A DNA stretch of 44,709 nt, from the UHGV virus genome UHGV-0231863. One strand, given 5' to 3'. Positions 41,494-44,709 of the stretch are shown here, piece by piece. The stretch comes from a virus. Both the position numbers and the translations under genes were made by a program. The notes beneath the pieces were generated by a model that worked only from the letters and a program-made list of their open reading frames with translations, was not told the origin of the DNA and ran no database searches. How positions within the stretch are numbered: position 1 is the stretch's first letter; each line of letters opens with the position of its first letter.

Positions 41494-41880
41494 ATGAATC
41501 TTAAAGCAACTGTCGTAGCGGGGGCATGTTTCATCATCCTGGCTTACGCACACGGCATCTACCAGTATCGCAGCGGCTGGAACGAAGGCCGGGCGAATCT
41601 CGTTTCGCAGCAACAGCAGAAAGCACAGGCTGAGTTAGCGAAGAAAACACAACGGCAGCAGCAGGATGAATCAAAGGCCGCAGCCGCTGACAACGAAGGC
41701 AAGACGAAATCAGAGGTAATCACCCGTGAAGTCGTTAAGTACATTAAAACGCCTGGTCGCAGCGTGTGCACTTTTGACCCTGAGCGCGTGCAGCTCAAGT
41801 CCCGCGCCGTCGCAAACGCCAATTCCATCCCCGGATACGACGATGATGCAGCCGCCGTGCAAACTGGCGCCGCCAAGTAG
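41494..41880 (+). CDS. Rz: i-spanin (Rz-like)
   Basis: N-terminal TM helix then Gln/Ala-rich coiled coil; overlaps an out-of-frame lipoprotein ORF. Confidence 0.6.
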   Translation: MNLKATVVAGACFIILAYAHGIYQYRSGWNEGRANLVSQQQQKAQAELAKKTQRQQQDESKAAAADNEGKTKSEVITREVVKYIKTPGRSVCTFDPERVQLKSRAVANANSIPGYDDDAAAVQTGAAK

Positions 41881-41989
41881 CGACGCTGACGAGGATTTAG
41901 CTACCGACGTCCGGAACGCCGAATGCGCACGGCAACTGCGCCTGAAAGTATTCCAGTTGCAGGATTATGTGAGGAATATTCTGGAATAG
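41726..41989 (+). CDS. Rz1: o-spanin (Rz1-like lipoprotein)
   Basis: +1-frame ORF inside Rz; lipobox LTLSAC, Pro-rich mature region; apparent GTG start. Confidence 0.55.
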   Translation: MKSLSTLKRLVAACALLTLSACSSSPAPSQTPIPSPDTTMMQPPCKLAPPSSDADEDLATDVRNAECARQLRLKVFQLQDYVRNILE

Positions 41990-42018
41990 TTGCCTTGCAT
42001 GTTGGAATAATTTATTCT
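41990..42018 (+). promoter_or_regulatory. possible promoter TTGCCT-17-TATTCT upstream of scaffold/capsid genes
   Basis: Weak match; shares upstream ATGTTGGAATAA with region at 41213. Confidence 0.25.
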
Positions 42019-42071
42019 TGACATGTAAATCCGGGTGGCCCGGGTTCCAACGTCCAGGGGACATACTGACT

Positions 42072-42773
42072 ATGAATCGTTTTTTACGTTATCCGTTCCA
42101 GGAAGAAGCTGGAGCAGAAGATAAATCAGGCGGCGGTGACGCACCTAAAATGTACACAGCCGAAGAAGTGCAGGCGCTGATTGAGAAAGAAGTCGCCGGG
42201 CTTAAGGCTAACCAGGAAGCATTGCTGAACGAGAAGAAAGAAGCCGCTCGTAAAGCAAAAGAGGCCGAAGAAGAGCGGCAGCGTGCACACCAGGAGGCCC
42301 TGAAAGCCGCCGGTAAGATGGACGAGTTCGAAAAGACGATTCGTAGCCAGTATGACCCGGTGTTAGCCGAGAAAGATGGTCGCATCTCCAGAATGGCAGA
42401 GCGCATCCTCGGCAGCGAACGCAAAGCGGTGTTAGGTTCTTTCGCGGGTGACTTCATTACCCCGGAAGCAGTAGACATTCTCGCGCCGTTCGTTAAGACT
42501 GAGTTTGAAGGTGATGATGTGGTTACTAAGTTTGTCGGCGCGGATGGCAACGTAGTCACAACTGACCCGGAACAGTTCCGCAAATACCTGCGCGAACATA
42601 AAGCGTTTTCGCATTTGATTAAAGCAAATGCAGCTTCCGGCGGCGGGGCTTCCGGTAGCAAAGGCGGCGGGGCCGCACCAGCGTTTAAAGACATGAGTGA
42701 AGCAGAGCGTTTAGCCCTGTATAAATCGAACCCTGCCGAATTTGAACGGCAACTTAAAGCCCTGAGGAAATAA
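42072..42773 (+). CDS. scaffolding protein (putative)
   Basis: Internal ATG of track ORF; highly charged Ala/Glu/Lys coiled-coil protein immediately upstream of capsid gene. Confidence 0.6.
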   Translation: MNRFLRYPFQEEAGAEDKSGGGDAPKMYTAEEVQALIEKEVAGLKANQEALLNEKKEAARKAKEAEEERQRAHQEALKAAGKMDEFEKTIRSQYDPVLAEKDGRISRMAERILGSERKAVLGSFAGDFITPEAVDILAPFVKTEFEGDDVVTKFVGADGNVVTTDPEQFRKYLREHKAFSHLIKANAASGGGASGSKGGGAAPAFKDMSEAERLALYKSNPAEFERQLKALRK

Positions 42774-42775
42774 TA

Positions 42776-43825
42776 ATGGCAATTACCACTATCGGCGATA
42801 TCGTAACTGGCAACATCCCGGTCCTGGCGTCTTATATGACCGAGGACCCGGTAGAAAAAACCGCGTTCTTCCAGTCTGGTATTCTGACCCCGACTCCGTA
42901 CGCTGCCGAGATTGCTCGCGGTCCGTCCAACGTCGCCAACATTCCTTTCTGGAAAGCGATTGATACTTCTATCGAGCCTAACTACTCGAACGATGTTTAT
43001 CAGGACATCGCTACCCCGCGTAATGTGCAAACCGGTGAGATGATGGCCCGCGTTGCGTACCTGAACGAAGGTTTCGGTCAGGCGGACCTGACTGTCGAAC
43101 TGACCAGCCAGAACCCTCTGCAATCCGTAGCGTCCCGTCTGGATAACTTCTGGCAGCGTCAGGCACAACGCCGTCTGATTGCTACCGCGCTCGGTCTGTA
43201 CAACGACAACGTAGCTGCTACCGATGCTTACCATACGCAGAACGATATGGTTATCGACGTGTCCGCTACTCTGGGCTTCGACGCAGGTGCGTTCATCGAC
43301 GCCACTCAGACTATGGGCGATGCTCTGATGGGTAACGGTGGTGAGGTGCTGGGCGCTATCGCGATGCACAGTTTCGTTTATGCACAGGCGCGTAAGCAGC
43401 AGCTTATCGACTTCATTCGCGACGCTGACAACAACACCATGTTTGCTAGCTACCAGGGCTACCGTGTGATTGTTGACGACAGCATGACTGTAGTTGGTAC
43501 TGGTCCAAGCCGTAAGTTCATCTCCATCATCTTTGGCAACGGTGCCATCGGTTATGGTGAAGGCAACCCGTCCAACCCGCTGGAATACGAACGTGAAGCG
43601 TCCCGCGGCAATGGTGGCGGCGTTGAAACCCTGTGGACCCGTAAGACCTGGTTGCTGCACCCACTGGGCTACAGCTTCACCAGCGCGGTAATCACCGGCA
43701 ACGGCACCGAGACTGTAGCCCGCTCCGCTTCCTGGCAGGACCTGGCGAACGCCTCCAACTGGAACCGTGTGGTTGACCGTAAGCATGTACCGATTGCCTT
43801 CCTGGTAACTGGTGTCGGGGCTTAA
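42776..43825 (+). CDS. major capsid protein
   Basis: 349 aa following scaffold, strong hairpin immediately downstream; composition typical of capsid proteins. Confidence 0.8.
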   Translation: MAITTIGDIVTGNIPVLASYMTEDPVEKTAFFQSGILTPTPYAAEIARGPSNVANIPFWKAIDTSIEPNYSNDVYQDIATPRNVQTGEMMARVAYLNEGFGQADLTVELTSQNPLQSVASRLDNFWQRQAQRRLIATALGLYNDNVAATDAYHTQNDMVIDVSATLGFDAGAFIDATQTMGDALMGNGGEVLGAIAMHSFVYAQARKQQLIDFIRDADNNTMFASYQGYRVIVDDSMTVVGTGPSRKFISIIFGNGAIGYGEGNPSNPLEYEREASRGNGGGVETLWTRKTWLLHPLGYSFTSAVITGNGTETVARSASWQDLANASNWNRVVDRKHVPIAFLVTGVGA

Positions 43826-43842
43826 GGTTAAGATATAATCGA

Positions 43843-43868
43843 GAGGGACTTCGGTCCCTCTTTTCATT
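43843..43868 (+). terminator. hairpin/terminator after major capsid gene
   Basis: GAGGGAC-ttcg-GTCCCTC + TTTTCATTT. Confidence 0.6.
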
Positions 43869-43884
43869 TACTAAGAGGTAAATT

Positions 43885-44256
43885 ATGGCTAAGACCGGAA
43901 AAGGCTTGCCTCGCAGCCTTCAGAATGTCGACTTTAGCGACCTGGATATCAGCGTAGGATGGGAAGAAGTAACTGGCAAACCTGCGGTAATCGCCTCGGG
44001 GGCGACCCAAGAGGCGGCACGTACCGCTATTGGTGCGGGTACGTCAAGCCTTGTGATCGGAACAACTTCGACTACCGCGATGGCCGGGAATAAGTTCGTT
44101 CAGGGCACTGCGGTTACAGACGTCGGCTCACAGACCGTTACCGGTGAAGAGGCCACCGCGGTCGCTACGTCCGCACAGACCGCGGTTAACGCGGTAGGCA
44201 CTAAACTAAACCAACTTCTGGCGCAGCTTCGTGCCGCTAAAATCATCGCATCCTGA
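43885..44256 (+). CDS. hypothetical head-associated protein
   Basis: 123-aa Thr/Ala/Gly-rich ORF after capsid gene. Confidence 0.45.
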   Translation: MAKTGKGLPRSLQNVDFSDLDISVGWEEVTGKPAVIASGATQEAARTAIGAGTSSLVIGTTSTTAMAGNKFVQGTAVTDVGSQTVTGEEATAVATSAQTAVNAVGTKLNQLLAQLRAAKIIAS

Positions 44257-44267
44257 GGAGATTAAAA

Positions 44268-44609
44268 ATGGTTGATGTAATCAAACGTCGTGTTACCGGT
44301 GTGTCCGCCGATACCGTAGGTGCTAAAATCTATATGGCAAATATCGCACCTGCGTCTTTTTCTACTGCGCTTGACGCTACCACTACCAAGTCTACTGGGC
44401 GGACGATGGCTCTGACCGTAGTTGTAGCTGGTGGACTCGAGCCGTACTCTTACCAGTGGTACAAAGATAACAACGCTATCCCAGGCGCTACCGCCGCCAC
44501 CTACGAGAAAACTTCGCTCGCTACTACCGATTCCGGTACGTATAAAGTGGTTGTCCACGATGTATACGGTAATATTATCTCCAGCAGCACCGTAGCAACT
44601 GTAGCTTAA
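44268..44609 (+). CDS. Ig-like domain protein (possible capsid decoration)
   Basis: YSYQWYKDNNAIPG...GTYKVVVHD Ig-like pattern, paralogous in style to 40689..41150. Confidence 0.5.
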   Translation: MVDVIKRRVTGVSADTVGAKIYMANIAPASFSTALDATTTKSTGRTMALTVVVAGGLEPYSYQWYKDNNAIPGATAATYEKTSLATTDSGTYKVVVHDVYGNIISSSTVATVA

Positions 44610-44614
44610 TACCG

Positions 44615-44630
44615 CGGCCCTTCGGGGCCG
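44615..44630 (+). terminator. UUCG-tetraloop hairpin (no T-run)
   Basis: CGGCCC-ttcg-GGGCCG. Confidence 0.3.
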
Positions 44631-44645
44631 TAATAAGGAAAGGTC

Positions 44646-44709
44646 ATGGCAGATAATTATGTAATCCGCGAAAAGTACACCCACGTTGATATGGTTGATG
44701 GTCAGGTGA
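44646..44709 (+). CDS. partial CDS (5' end only), unknown
   Basis: ATG after AAGGAAAGG SD; runs off window edge. Confidence 0.3.
   Translation, partial: MADNYVIREKYTHVDMVDGQV

Noticed and set aside
42089-43867. 592-aa minus-strand ORF
   Set aside because: Antisense to the scaffold and major capsid genes; Arg/Ser/Ala-rich low-complexity translation with no motifs, typical of an antisense frame staying open.
1-44709. Prophage or integrative element with integrase and att sites
   Set aside because: No integrase-like ORF was recognised; the XRE and AlpA-like regulators occur without recombinase, so the element is treated as a lytic phage genome.

Overview
The window looks like a near-complete genome (~44 kb) of a virulent tailed dsDNA phage with a siphovirus-type tail module. 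All functional calls are motif recognition by eye; no database search was run, and coordinates of non-CDS elements may be off by 1-2 nt. Layout: head-neck-tail genes (+, 172-4482); a small opposite-strand nucleotide-metabolism/immunity island (-, 4511-6921); tail chaperones, tape measure, tip proteins and a sialidase-like tailspike (+, 7074-17008); a long leftward replication/recombination operon (-, 17037-28579) with helicase, C5 methyltransferase, VRR-NUC, family A DNA polymerase, SSB-like protein, Cas4-like exonuclease, primase-helicase and HTH regulators; then a rightward block of tightly coupled small early genes, holin-endolysin, terminase, portal, head morphogenesis, spanins, scaffold and major capsid (+, 29047-44709). 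No integrase, tRNA or CRISPR array was seen. The most unusual feature is a 298-codon intein-like insertion (39415-40308) in the head morphogenesis gene; its interior carries, on the opposite strand, an independent HTH plus DUF559/Vsr-like nuclease-fold gene with its own consensus sigma70 promoter and Shine-Dalgarno. Other notable signals: a palindromic operator AATAG-N4-CTATT embedded in at least six promoters on both strands next to an XRE-type regulator; two copies of a promoter-leader cassette sharing an identical 38-mer and a conserved micro-ORF start; a 28-bp palindrome over a divergent promoter; a perfect 24-bp in-frame tandem duplication; and a probable -1 frameshift joining the two tail chaperone ORFs.
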